Source of the DNA: Perkinsus olseni | Taxonomy: Eukaryota | Direction: 5' to 3' | DNA length: 53,853 nt | Assembly (NCBI GenBank): GCA_013115125.1 | Contig: JABANN010000199.1 | Span: 1 to 53,853, forward strand | Shown: positions 1 to 11,485 of the stretch, piece after piece | How positions within the stretch are numbered: position 1 is the stretch's first letter | Layout of the letters: each line of letters opens with the position of its first letter | The notes under the pieces: model-generated | Database searches by the model: none | Told to the model about the DNA's origin: nothing | The model's input: only the letters and a program-made list of their open reading frames with translations | Translations under genes and position numbers: made by a program

Positions 1-417
1 GAGTTCCGAGTTGTCTAGTCTCGAGGGGCCACCAAACCACGGGTTCGATCAGTCCGACGAATTATTACATCAATGAACAACGAAATTTGAACGTGGGGCT
101 TCATTCTTCCCTTAGTAGTCCCCCTGGGCGGTTAGGTCGTTGCATGGGCGAGTCGGGTCGCTCGGATAGCACTGAAAGCAGCGGGCGTCGTTTTCAGGTT
201 TGTTGTTGAAGACCGGTAGAACCTCCTGTGTTCTCCCTCTTCCTTCTTCTCAATGCATCATCAGCAGCTGGAGGGGGAGTATCGGAGCGTTGATCCCCTA
301 CTACAGTCGCCCCCACCAACGGGCGTCTGTACAGCAGCTGCCGCCGCTCAGGCTAGTACGGCTGTTGGGGTGATGCCTGCTAGGTAGTAGGGGGAAGGAG
401 ACTTGCGATGGGCTTTA

Positions 418-485
418 ACGTCCCTAGTGTGATGAGCGATGATCTCTATTGACGTACTTAGTGTGAGGGGCGATGGTCTCTATTG
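418..485. repeat. Tandem 34-bp direct repeat, 2 copies
   Basis: ACGTCCCTAGTGTGATGAGCGATGATCTCTATTG (418-451) vs ACGTACTTAGTGTGAGGGGCGATGGTCTCTATTG (452-485); 29/34 identical. Confidence 0.85.
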
Positions 486-1088
486 CGCCCTCGGTACTCC
501 GCTTAGGGCCATCTAGGATGTATCACCAGTCACAGTCCGCCAGACTGTCTGCTGGCGACTTAGTGAATAGAATGCTGTCTATTAGAAGTGTCGAGATACA
601 CTTTTACGTAGAAGTGCGCGATTGCTGTGTTGAGCTTCTCATCCCCTTCAGTGGGTTGTACGCCCAGAAGCCGCATCTGTCGCTCGGAGGTCTCCGAGGC
701 AGCAGTAGTCTGCTGGCTGGAGGTGGCCATGCAATTCATAGTGCGGCATCTGGCTTGGCGACGTATCTGGGTCAATGCTTGACTCTAGGACAGTTACATA
801 CTCTTGCCGGGGCTACCGGTAGGAGGAGAGGGGGCTGCGTGATTATGATGGGCGTTGAAACGGTTGGTTGGGACAAGTTACAGTACGTTGGTCGAGCGGT
901 GGGTTTTATTGAATCTTTGGTGCGTGTGTGGGTGGCTGTATCAAGTTGTCGATGCGAGTGGGGTGGGTGCAGGATTTCTCGTTTCTGATGCGGGCAAGGG
1001 AGAGCGCGTAAAATGCCCATTGCCGATGATTAAAGTTCGCGGGAAGATCATGATTTACCGTTTGTCGCTGTCGTAGGAGGGACGGTAG

Positions 1089-3211
1089 ATGAGAACGCCA
1101 GGGCCGGATGGTCGCATCTTTTACTCTGTCCGACCTCCGACTTGTTGTAGCCCCCCGATTGTGATAATAGTGACTTGTGGTGTATCTTCATGGCTGTTTT
1201 TGTCAGCCTCCTTCGTGGCGGTGATCTCATCGTATCCGTTGGATCTGATGAAGAACAGGGTAGCATCGGCATCGCTGTACAAGTCGCCATTGGACTGTAT
1301 GAGGATTACGTGGAAGAATGAAGGCTTTAAAGGTACTCTCGTACTCTTTGAAAGATCATAGCGAAGCCATTACACCCGTATTTCGAACTGTTTTCCCAAG
1401 AAGTAACGGGGAGTACTATTCATTTTTCCCGGAAAAAACTAAAGGAAAAAGTTTGGAAAATTTCGAGAATTTTCTTCTCCTTTTTCCCGCTGGAGATTGC
1501 GATCGGTCTCTTCCACGGTGATCTCAACGCGTAATGGAAGCGATTACGCAATGGCTGAGTCGGAGTAAGGGGCGTTTGTATCTTCGGTCTGATGTAGGCT
1601 TCTATAAAGGGGTATCATCCCCTATGGTTGGTGATGTGGCGATGGGCATGGCAGCCTTTGGGGTGTATGGTTATATGAGTACTCGCCTGAAGCAAAGCGA
1701 CAATAATGACTTTGGCCCAGCCAAAACGGCCGCTATTTCTGGTGAGAACAGACACAGTTTTTCCTGGGGCCAATACGAGCCGTCGATCAGGTGCCACAGC
1801 TGGATTGGCAGCAGCTGTCATTGGGTGCCCCTTCGAGGTGGTGAAGCTGCAACTTCAGATGCAGTATGTGCGAGGCCTCAATGCCTCCATCAACGTAGCG
1901 TCATCGGAGTACACCTCGGTGGTGAACCACGTAATAATGGGAGCGTCATTGACTCTACGGCCTCGTCTCCTGATTGTGTTCTTTTGAGTGGAAACGGAAT
2001 TGTACACGTCTGACGTGGTAGATTATACGAGTCACACGTGAGGCGTTTATCTTTATATATTATCTCATCATTCATCATCATTATTTATACGTGTGTCCTG
2101 ATTGTGTTTGACGGAATGGGGATTAGCCAGAAGCTATTAAATATTTTTTGTCTCGATGCTCTCAGTCTGTCGGTCTCTAACGAGCACGATCTGGTCCTGG
2201 TCGTGTGTGTGGATAATATGAAACGGTTGATCGATTTGAGTATCTATACTCTCTTTTCCAGGCCGTTGCAGTCCGTCGTGCAGAGCATCTTGGTAGTGTT
2301 TATCGAGGCCTTATTGATTGCGTCAAGCAAGTACGTGGTGTGAGACCCTTCCCTTGTCTCCCGGGCGAGCGCTTTTTCTACCCTTGCAGGTTGTCGGCTG
2401 CCGTGCCTACAATATGGGTCTCACTGCTATGTGCATGCGTAATGTCGTGGGGTGGAGCATATCTTATCCAACCTTTGAATACTTGCGAAACCGTTTCGCA
2501 AAGTAAGAGTATCTTAGGTTGAAGCTTGGCGTATCCAAATTGGGTCAGGCACATGTTTGGCGATTCTAGTGCACAGTCCGTAGCGAAGTTGCCAACATGG
2601 TCTCTGATGATTTCGGGCGGTATCAGCGGATCGATCTTTTGGACGGCAGTTTTCCCGATGGATGTTATTAAGGCGAACATGCAGGGACAGAAAATTAATG
2701 GTAATTCGGTTAGGAGGGAGCCGGAGGAATGAAGAAATAGAAATCTTCCGAGACGTGCCTAAGATATTCTTAGTGCGATTCCGTGATGGAGTGGTATGCC
2801 ACTACACGCAGTAATAGGGCGTTTGTAGTTGTACTGTGCAAGGTGGTCTCGTACTGGTCCAGTAGAAGGCCACCTACTGGATACAGTACTACTGGGTACT
2901 GGTCAAAAAAATCTCCTGGAATAGGTTGTTATCCCGAGGATGTTCTCTAACTGTTGTCCATTTGTCAGAGCGTACTTGGGCATGCCTGCGTAGCTGCGTC
3001 AGCGACCTTTACAAAGCCGGTGGCATAAGGCGCTTCTACAAAGGCCTCAGTGCAGCGATCATCCGAGCATTCCCGGTAGGCGGCTGTCATCCCCTGGCGA
3101 GCTCTGATGTCATCCCCTTTTCAGCACAACGCGGTGGCTTACTCGGTCTACGCTCTGATCGTTACGGCGTTGACCGTACCACAGCATGCAGTAGCGGCTG
3201 CTGGCGAATAG
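1089..3211 (+). CDS. Mitochondrial carrier family (SLC25) protein, carnitine/basic amino acid carrier-like; multi-exon, 5' end uncertain
   Basis: Spliced exons give three Px[DE]xx[KR] signatures (YPLDLMKNR, CPFEVVKLQ, FPMDVIKAN), plus EGFKG/FYKG and a terminal FYKGLSAAIIRAFP-HNAVAYSVY...AAGE*. Introns are GT-AG (e.g. 1332-1597); TAG at 3209-3211. Confidence 0.9.
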
Positions 3212-3436
3212 CCTCGTGCCACTCCCTCGTGTAAGAACGTCTGGGGATAGCGACGTCGCGCAGGGTTGTTGGCAGAATTTCGGATAACGCCGTGATGGTA
3301 GCATAAATACTTGACTTTTTTACACACTACACAGACTCACAATTTATTCATTTCTTTGTTTTTCTCGGCCTGCCGCTGCTGCCGCTGTTATTTGCCCCGT
3401 CGTCGCCGAAGTGATTTTCCACTGCAAGGTTGTTGT

Positions 3437-4400
3437 TCATTTGGATGTATTGCTGCTGCTGTGGTCCGCAGTGGTCTGTGACGAATTTCGTGGCGCGCGG
3501 TCATCTTGGCGATGCCCTGGTGTAGTTTCCGTTGCGAAGAGCGCCCGCTGAACCACTGCGTGGTTGTAAGAGATGTGTTTCCGGTAGTCTTGAAGAATGT
3601 AAGATTTAAGATTTGTGGTTGTATGGGCGTTGAGGAAATGCAAGATCTGACGATATTGCAAGTGGAAGGAGCTGCTGCTGCAGTCACTGCGTTATCTCCT
3701 GTGAGGGCACCCCTCCTGGTTCTGTGACGAAGTGCCTCGGTATTTCGGGAATTTTGTGCCTGCCGACAATACTAGAATGATGATGACCGTTGAGGAACTT
3801 CAAGTTTCCCAAGATTTCGTAAGTAAGCTGTTTATTACTCCTCCCGCTCGCTTGTTGCCCGTAAGTCACTAATACCATTATTCGGCTTGTTTTCCTTTTC
3901 CCTATCACGATTGCTACAACATACGAAGGGAACTCTGTCATCGTCGTCGTAATCGTCTGCTCTGTTGTAATCTGTTGCCCCTCGCTGATGCCGATCATCA
4001 TCATTACCATAGTCTACCGTAATAGCGAGGACCCCTGAGACAATTGCCTTGAGTTGTGATCAGGGAGGGCCACGGTCGGCGGGGGAGGGTCAGTTCAGCT
4101 GTCTTCTGCGTAAAGTGTCTCGTTGTGACCAGGAGAACTGTCCTGGTATCACGGGCGATGAGACACTTACCACAGGGTGAGGGGATCTAGGGACGCATAT
4201 CCCTAGATCGAGTGTTCTTCGGAGACTTCTGCGAGGACGACAGTCCTGCACATCTTGATATGTACCGTCGGAGGCACTTTCCTGTCCTCGAGAATAGCAC
4301 GAAACTCGTATGGGGAGAAGATTAAGGGCTTCGCTGACTCTGAAACGTCAGGGCGGTGGGTACAGGAATGCCCGGAGTGTAGCGCCGTGAGGCTCTCGGA
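3437..4400 (-). other. Possible fragmented or spliced hypothetical gene
   Basis: Protein-like segments on the minus strand (DYGNDDDRHQRGATDYNRADDYDDDD; HLQYRQILHFLNAH...VVQRALFATE) with candidate GT-AG sites. No recognisable domain and no consistent model. Confidence 0.25.
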
Positions 4401-4494
4401 AGACAGATTGCTCTTGTTATGTCGGCTGTGTGTAGGACTGAAGATAGTGGAAGGCAGGAGGAATTTTGTTGAGTCGGAGCAGTCTTTTTTCAAT

Positions 4495-7058
4495 ATGATA
4501 GATTCTCTCCGGCGGGCTTTTGTGGAGTTCTTGTTGGTCACCAGACGAGCCTTCAGCTTGCTCAGAGTAAGCCAGTTATTGAGAATCTTTTCTTAGTGTC
4601 AAACTCATGTTCAACCTCAAGATACGCTGTCATGTGATCATCCGCATTCCGCTCAGGTGGCCTCGTTGTCCGTCTCCCTTCTAGCCTGTGGAGCGCTGCA
4701 GCGGATTGCGTTCAAGCGAATAGCTTATCCCCTAGGAGAGTAAGTCATGGCAAGTTGCCATTGCCAACCGGCCCACCGCGGCACGCATGCTCCTTCTTAC
4801 GTACTCGCCGCTGTGGAGCTAAATCGCGGGCGCCTGTGAAGTCCATCCTCTTTAAACGGGTCCCATTCTCTCACTTGCGATCGTTACAGACTCCGGAAGT
4901 TTAGATACCCAATTCTGTTGCTCTGTGTAATATCGGCTGCCTTCATCCCCCTTTTCGGCTTCCCCTACCTCTACGTTAAGTGTGCTGCTGGCGGCACTGA
5001 CGACCATCGTATTCTACCCTACGCCATTATAGGTAGGGGTATAATCTCCAACGACGCCTCCCGTCGCCATGAGCTGAATAGCTCAACCGCTACATTCTGT
5101 GCCTGTTAATCGTTTTCGAGAGCCTTGTCGAGGCTAAGTGTACATTACTTGTAAGTTACACAGTAAGCCTTAGGTGCTCTCAATGCTGTTAATGGTGGTC
5201 TTACTATATTCGGCAACGCCTACGTCCCTGGCTACCTGCAGACCATCCTACAGCAGACCATTATCCCCTTCACGATGATCTTATCCGTGGTAGTATCCCT
5301 TCGATCGCTCCAGGTCTCTTACTACACCCGTTGGTCTCAGCTCCTATGCGGTACGCGGTACACTCTGCAGCATCTCCTCGGTGTTGTCATCATTATCGTC
5401 GGTGTCGCTGTGCAGCTAGGGCCGCTAATGGTAAGTGACGGTAAGTGGGGATCTTCCCTTGCGAGTTCCGTGTTCACCTCAGTCGTCGGACGGTGACACT
5501 GGATCTTCCGCGACCACCACAAGCCTTGTCTGGTCCCTGGTGTACCTCGTGGCCCCTCTACCAGTGGCTCTGGCAGCAGTGTAGGCTATGCATTGTGACA
5601 ATTTCGTGGCGCAGTGACGGAACTCTCATCAGTTACCAGGAACTGGAGTTCTCTAAACGCAAGGTTAACTTGATATCCTTGATGTACTGGAGTAACCTCA
5701 TCCAAGCGATGATACTCTTTTTGCTGGTAAGTGGCTCGCCTCCCTGCTGCTAACCTCACAGTCCCCCTTAGGTGCCATACGACCTCGCCACCACCGCGAA
5801 CTCCGAGGTCTCGCACTGGCCGGCAGCATTCCGGTGTATTGCGTACTCGGATAAGACTGTCAACCCGGAGTGTGCGGGAGGGCAGGCCGGCATGTAAGTC
5901 CTGCTCCTCCTGCTGCTCGCCGGACTTCTCGTAACAGCGGCTTAGTTCGTCGCGTCGTTGAACCCTAAAAAGTGTCGAAATTGATTGCTTCCCAGATACC
6001 TAGGGTCCTGCATCCTGTGGATGCTGGTGTCACAGTTGCTTCAGGCTGAGCTTGTGAGGCACGCTGGCGCGAGCCTTTGTGCTGTGGTTATGACGTTGGG
6101 TTTACCAACCACCGCCCTGGCCTTCTCGGTAGGCCCCTCGGTTGGGACCGCCTTAGTTGAATACGCCTTCCTAGCCATTAAGCACATCAATTATACTATA
6201 TAATAAATAACATGATTTATCGAATGGCACGTTACATATTCATACGCGCATCAGGGGCCCTCTGTCGTTCGTCTTCACCGCGATTACCAGTCGGAGTCGC
6301 CGGTTGCTACTTCCTTCATGCCCCTCTGTCCCAGATACCCCAATTGATGGGCGACCACATCGAGCCGATAGATGGATCCACCGTCTTGGCCCTCTCGGTG
6401 GTACGTGCCACCACTCGTAGCGTATCGCGCTTATTCTTCACTGACAGATCCTGCTTGGTGTGAGCTTGTATCGATCCGCGAAGATTCAAGGTGATTCTGT
6501 GGTGCCGAAGGAAGCTGAGGGGTTGATGGCATCCACGGATTCAACCAGTAGGAACCCTATGTCTGGCATTACTACAACACGGTAGTGGTGATTTTGATAT
6601 GGACCATAACTCCAATCGTATTATAGAACAGTCTCTAATAGAGTACCGTACTAGTACGCCGTACTCGAAGTACGGCGTACTTCAATACACGTAGGCGTTA
6701 TTTAATATATTTAATACGTACTAGTTCTCCGTACCCGCACTAGGTTGACAGTTTGAAACGTACTCCGTACCGTACTTTCCTCGACCCCAGTGCGCTTGCC
6801 CAGCTCTAGCGCACATAATCACACTGGCCTACTACCGTCGCCCTACTGCGACGTAGAACCTCTGTCATGGAAGATGGTGTTGCTTTCAGTTTTCACTGCA
6901 TCAGTTGTGTATCAGGTGGGAGCGGAAGCCGCACACCCCTGCAGAGAAGGGGCAGTGTCCAGCCTCGACTCTACAGCTCTGGCATCGGCATCATTCAGAG
7001 TGAATACACCCATGACGAGGGTCTACAGTACGCTGACCTGGCTTCGCTGAGTTCATGA
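4495..7058 (+). CDS. Chloroquine resistance transporter-like (CRT/CLT, drug-metabolite transporter superfamily) protein; about 11-12 exons, 3' end uncertain
   Basis: Spliced product: ...LLACGALQRIAFKRIAYPLGEYPILLL...GALNAVNGGLTIFGNAYVPGYLQTILQQTIIPFTMILSVLLCGTRYTLQHLLGVVIIIVGV...VWSLVYLVAPLPVALAAVYQE...AFRC...PECAG.... About 10 hydrophobic segments and a two-Cys loop, matching the CRT-like pattern. Confidence 0.85.
6641..6776. repeat. GTAC-rich low-complexity patch with a perfect 13-bp inverted repeat
   Basis: AGTACGCCGTACT (6653-6665), CGA loop, AGTACGGCGTACT (6669-6681); many further GTAC words and an AT-rich centre. Confidence 0.7.
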
Positions 7059-8361
7059 TTTATCAACTTTCAGGTGCCCACTTTTACTAGAGCACACTCG
7101 CTCAGCGGCATCTTCTCCTCGCCGTAGATGACAAGGGCGATCAGGTCGCAGCGCATGTCCAATATCATCACTCAAAATGATATTTTCACGTTCAAGGATC
7201 GGCCGTTTTGCCTTTCGCCGATTCGCCTGACTTTTATTAAGGATATTCTATTGCGTTAGGATCGTGTTGTGTTTCGGTACTCCGCGATCTTGCCTGTTGT
7301 GTCAACTCATCGTCCGTAAGCTAATGAGGCATTCACGGGCATCAGCTATAGATAAGAGGCGGAATCAGCCTATGGTGAAGTTACTTCGCCAAGTAGGTGC
7401 AGTGATGCAGTGTAGCACAACAGAACAACTTGCAGGTTAAGTTTATATACTTAACATAGCGCAGCCTAGCCTTGCACTGCCATTGTGGTAACCGTACCGT
7501 GGTTGCTCGGCGTCCTTCTTAACTACCGATGACTCCTCAATCCTCGTCAACATACGATGGCTACCAGAGACACATCTCTCGTGTAACTCCGTGACCTCCG
7601 AGGAGGTTTCCGACGTAACCAGATCAGTATCACCTTCCTGCATGATCTTCTGAATTCTCCATGCCAATAATATTGCCATATACTAATAGCATTCTGAATG
7701 AGAGAACTATGAGGCGTCGGAACCTCATCCAGTTTAGCCTCGTCCGCAAGTACAAGTTAGAATGCCTCATGGCAGTAGATCTCTAGAGCAGAAGCCTCAT
7801 CAACACACTCGGACAAGGCCAATCCCAAACGCTAGTCATGAACATCATGTTTCAACTTCAACCGTGGATAATGCTTTGGCCCGCGCGATCTGGGTTCGCT
7901 GAAAGATGAGACTACGTCGTAGTCCCTACTGACAAAAAGTAGTACAGCAGTAGTCACTACGAAGAAGAGTACGGCAGATTACCGCTTGCGCTAATGAAGA
8001 CAACACAGATATCACTAAGGTATGCCAAGTGGCAGTGGCAGGCTGATTGCCCTTCTTTGCACGGATGTGTACCCACTCCGAGGAGTGCTGGCCGCTCGCC
8101 ACGCCCAGAGCCCCCCGGGCGTGCGCAGCTTCTCGGAGACTTGAGAGGCCAACCCCTATCTTCGGGCGCTTCACTTTCCCGTGGAGCTAGGGCCTCGTCA
8201 CTTGTAGCAATGCAATGCTGTATCTGTGGTAGCGAGCTTATGGCAAATCGACAAGCCAACTTGAAAAAGTCCCCGGTGCTGTCGTGTTGCAGCCGAGAGC
8301 GATCGTTCATTAGTGACCAGGCTGAAGATTAGGAGTCCATTTCAGGTTTAGATCTCCCCAG

Positions 8362-9591
8362 ATGCGTTCCCTCGTCTTCTATGGGTGCATTGAATTATTC
8401 GTCGCCTTCGTCAAAGCCGAGCAAATCTCTCTTCCAATGACAGAAGAGTATGTGCCCTTAACACTCGACGGTCAGGCACTCTACTTCCGGGTGGACACTG
8501 ACAGTGCAAGAACTTTTGCCATCTACGGTCCCATGTACGAGAACCGGCACGGTAAAGGAAGCTGCGATGAGATACCCTCGGAATGTTACTTCTGCCCCAC
8601 TAACGTTTCGTGTGATGATATCTTTAAGAGGAAGAGATGGGAAGTGTCTTTCGGCGACGGTGATGTGGTTGAGTACGTACAACACAACGTGACGCTCGCT
8701 GTTGGTGATGAGCTTGTCCCCGACTTCGAGCTCGGACTTGTCCTCAAACACAGCAACGCTCGCGGGAGACGTACGTCCGCTTACGGCCTGCTCGGCTTAT
8801 CGGTCGGTCGTGGCAACATACCAGAGACTTTCTTGGGACAGCTCAAGAGACGGCAGGTCATTTCTGATCTTGTGTACTCGATTGACGCTGAGGAACAAGG
8901 ACCGTCTATCACAGGCAACCTGACACTGGACGACTCAAGGGCGACTAAGGACCTGGATCTACCCTTCAGCTACAGCTCAACGGGATCCAAGAGAAGTCTC
9001 AAAGTTCCGCTGTGGTCGCTCAGGCTCTTCGATTCCGATCGAAAAGTCTTGACGCGACATAGTTGGAACGTCTCCCGGAGGACAGAGAATGGCCCAACCG
9101 CCAGTTCTGTAGATGCTGGGGCATCGTCACTCCAGATTCCTGAAGAAGACTTCGGAAGATTCTCTAGAGCAGTTGAAGCGGCCATGCAACGCGATAACAA
9201 GAGTACGCACCGTATCATATGGGAGGACCCCAAGACACAATTCAACATGATCAGGGCAGAGGCTATTCCTTACTTGCCCACCCTTGGCTATGTTGTCGGG
9301 GAGCCGCCGCATGATATAGACATCAGGATAGAGCCGAAGCATTACGTCTACGACTGTTACGGAGGCATTTGTTTCCTGGATATTCATCATGACCATTATC
9401 TTTTGTGGGAGACAGTTCTGGGACAGCCGTTGTTCCGTGCGTATGACGTGAAGGTTGACCTTGCTAATTCCCGACTGTCCTTCTCTCGCCACGGAGGAAG
9501 TTCAAGAACTGCCGCGAAAACGGAGACCGCTCAGCCTCGAGGCAAGAAGGGTTCACCGATCGGACGATCATTCAAGCAAGGGAAACACTGA
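8362..9591 (+). CDS. Pepsin-like (A1) aspartic protease paralog 1; intronless, signal peptide, altered catalytic motifs
   Basis: Hydrophobic N-terminus ending VKA|E; FRVDTDS and SVDAGASS at the two DTG positions; flap SFGDG; GLLGLS; VLGQPLFRAYDVKVD. Confidence 0.9.
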   Translation: MRSLVFYGCIELFVAFVKAEQISLPMTEEYVPLTLDGQALYFRVDTDSARTFAIYGPMYENRHGKGSCDEIPSECYFCPTNVSCDDIFKRKRWEVSFGDGDVVEYVQHNVTLAVGDELVPDFELGLVLKHSNARGRRTSAYGLLGLSVGRGNIPETFLGQLKRRQVISDLVYSIDAEEQGPSITGNLTLDDSRATKDLDLPFSYSSTGSKRSLKVPLWSLRLFDSDRKVLTRHSWNVSRRTENGPTASSVDAGASSLQIPEEDFGRFSRAVEAAMQRDNKSTHRIIWEDPKTQFNMIRAEAIPYLPTLGYVVGEPPHDIDIRIEPKHYVYDCYGGICFLDIHHDHYLLWETVLGQPLFRAYDVKVDLANSRLSFSRHGGSSRTAAKTETAQPRGKKGSPIGRSFKQGKH

Positions 9592-10261
9592 CTGTAACCG
9601 GTGTGACGGCGGGGCCGGCTAGACTTGTTGATAGGGTGTTGTTGTAGGCATCTTAATGATGTGAAGCTTTACTATACGTCTGGCGTTGCATTGGAGTCCA
9701 GCTCGAGCCGAGAGTTCCAGCCTCTCCAGCGCCATCATCCTCGCGAGAAATCACAGAGATGAATTTGTGTGGAATCTTTCATCTCTCTGGGACATCGTTT
9801 GTTGATTTCGTTATGATTGCTATCATTGGCGCTGCGCGATGCTTCGCTTCGCCAGTACACTTTTCGCTTTAAACGCTCTACCAGTGTTACACTTGAGGGG
9901 CGACAGAACCATGTTATGGATCCACGCCCTTTCGCCGTGTCTGACGTATACGGGCATGTCGTTCGCCTTTGTCAAAGGCTGGGTTGAGGCAAACAGTGCG
10001 CCCGCCCTAATCTACTCGAAATAGACTGCATTGAGCGCTGCAGGATTTCCATCTAGCGATGGAACTTCCTCATGCTTAGCTCAGGTGTGCCTAGGTTCTA
10101 ACATGCTGATGCTGATATCCAAGCTGAGTGTTCGTTGATGCACTGGTGTTATGATAGTGTATTGCCATTGTCAAGGTTTTTCGACAGGCTTTCCATCACA
10201 ATTTCCGGAACTTCGCAGTCGCCTTCCAGCACGGTACGTTTCACCATTCGGTCTGCTTGTA

Positions 10262-11485
10262 ATGCGGACCCCCACCCTCTCAACGTCTATTGGGGTATTA
10301 TTCTCCTCCGTCAAAGCTGAGCCGGTTTCTCTCCCAATAACTGAGGTGTATGTGCCATTGATGCTCGACGGCCAAACACTTAACTTCTATGCGGACTCTG
10401 GCAGCGCGAGAACTTTTGCCATCTACGGTCCCATGTACGAAGAGCGGCACGGTAAAGGAAGCTGCGATGAGATACCCTCGAAGTGTTACTTCTGCCCCAC
10501 TAACGTTTCGTGTGATGATATTTTTAAGAGGAAGAGATGGGAAGTGTCCTTCGCAGACGGCGAGGAGGTTGAGTATGTGCAGCACAACGTGACGCTCAGC
10601 ATCGGCGGAAAAGTTCTTCCCGAATTCGAGCTCGGACTTATAGCCGCATTTGACAACACTGACGGTATAGAAATGACCCCGGATGGCTTACTTGGTCTCT
10701 CTGGCGGCCGTAGCAGCATACCGGAGACATTCTTGGAACAGCTCAAAAGACGGCGGGTTATCTCCGATCTTGTATACTCGATCCACGCTGAGGAACAAGG
10801 GCCGTCCATCACAGGCAACCTGATACTGGACGACTCGAGCACGACTGGGGACTTGGCTATACCCTTCAGCTACCACCCGACGCGATCAAGGAGCAAGATC
10901 GTTGTTCCGCTGTGGTCGCTCAGGGTCTTCGACTCTGAGCGGAATCTGTTGACGCGAATCAGTTGGGAAGTTTCCCAGAGGACAGAACATGGCCCAAGTC
11001 CCGGCTATGTAGACACCGGGGCCTCGTCACTCCTGATCTCTAAGAATGACTTCGGAACAATCGTTAACGCAACCAGGGCGGCGATGCAGCGATATAACAA
11101 GGATACGTACCAGCTCGTATGGCAGGACCCCGAGACACGCTTCAACATGATCAGAAGAGAGGCTATTCCTTACTTGCCCACCCTCGGCTATGTTATCGGG
11201 GAGCCGCCGCATGATATGGACATCAGAATAGAGCCGAAGCATTATATTCATCCTTGTGAAGGAAGCACTTGTTTCTTGGCTATTACTCCCGACATTTCTG
11301 AAGACCTCACGCTTGGGCAGCCTTTGTTCCGTGCATACGATGTGACGATTAATCTACCCAGTCGTCAAGTGCACTTCTCGCCTCATAGAAGAGATTATAA
11401 AACTGTCGCAAAAGCGAGGCTCTCTCACAGATTGCGTTCTCTGGTACGACGACTACTCAAGAAGCGAGGAAGGAGGTTATTGTAG
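10262..11485 (+). CDS. Pepsin-like (A1) aspartic protease paralog 2; intronless, canonical catalytic motifs
   Basis: ADSGS and VDTGASS motifs, DGLLGLS, TLGQPLFRAY. ATG at 10262 aligns with the paralog 1 start; the ORF is open from 10151. Confidence 0.9.
   Translation: MRTPTLSTSIGVLFSSVKAEPVSLPITEVYVPLMLDGQTLNFYADSGSARTFAIYGPMYEERHGKGSCDEIPSKCYFCPTNVSCDDIFKRKRWEVSFADGEEVEYVQHNVTLSIGGKVLPEFELGLIAAFDNTDGIEMTPDGLLGLSGGRSSIPETFLEQLKRRRVISDLVYSIHAEEQGPSITGNLILDDSSTTGDLAIPFSYHPTRSRSKIVVPLWSLRVFDSERNLLTRISWEVSQRTEHGPSPGYVDTGASSLLISKNDFGTIVNATRAAMQRYNKDTYQLVWQDPETRFNMIRREAIPYLPTLGYVIGEPPHDMDIRIEPKHYIHPCEGSTCFLAITPDISEDLTLGQPLFRAYDVTINLPSRQVHFSPHRRDYKTVAKARLSHRLRSLVRRLLKKRGRRLL

Noticed and set aside
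36-56. GGTTCGATC B-box/T-loop-like word near the window start
   Set aside because: No T-stem pairing or cloverleaf around it.
3627-3647. 18-nt match CTTGCATTTCCTCAACGC (minus strand) with about 31082-31099 (plus strand)
   Set aside because: A single pair with no extension; compatible with chance in a window this size.
7100-8310. Protein-like minus-strand fragments between the CRT gene and protease 1
   Set aside because: Interrupted by stops, with no consistent splice model or recognisable domain.
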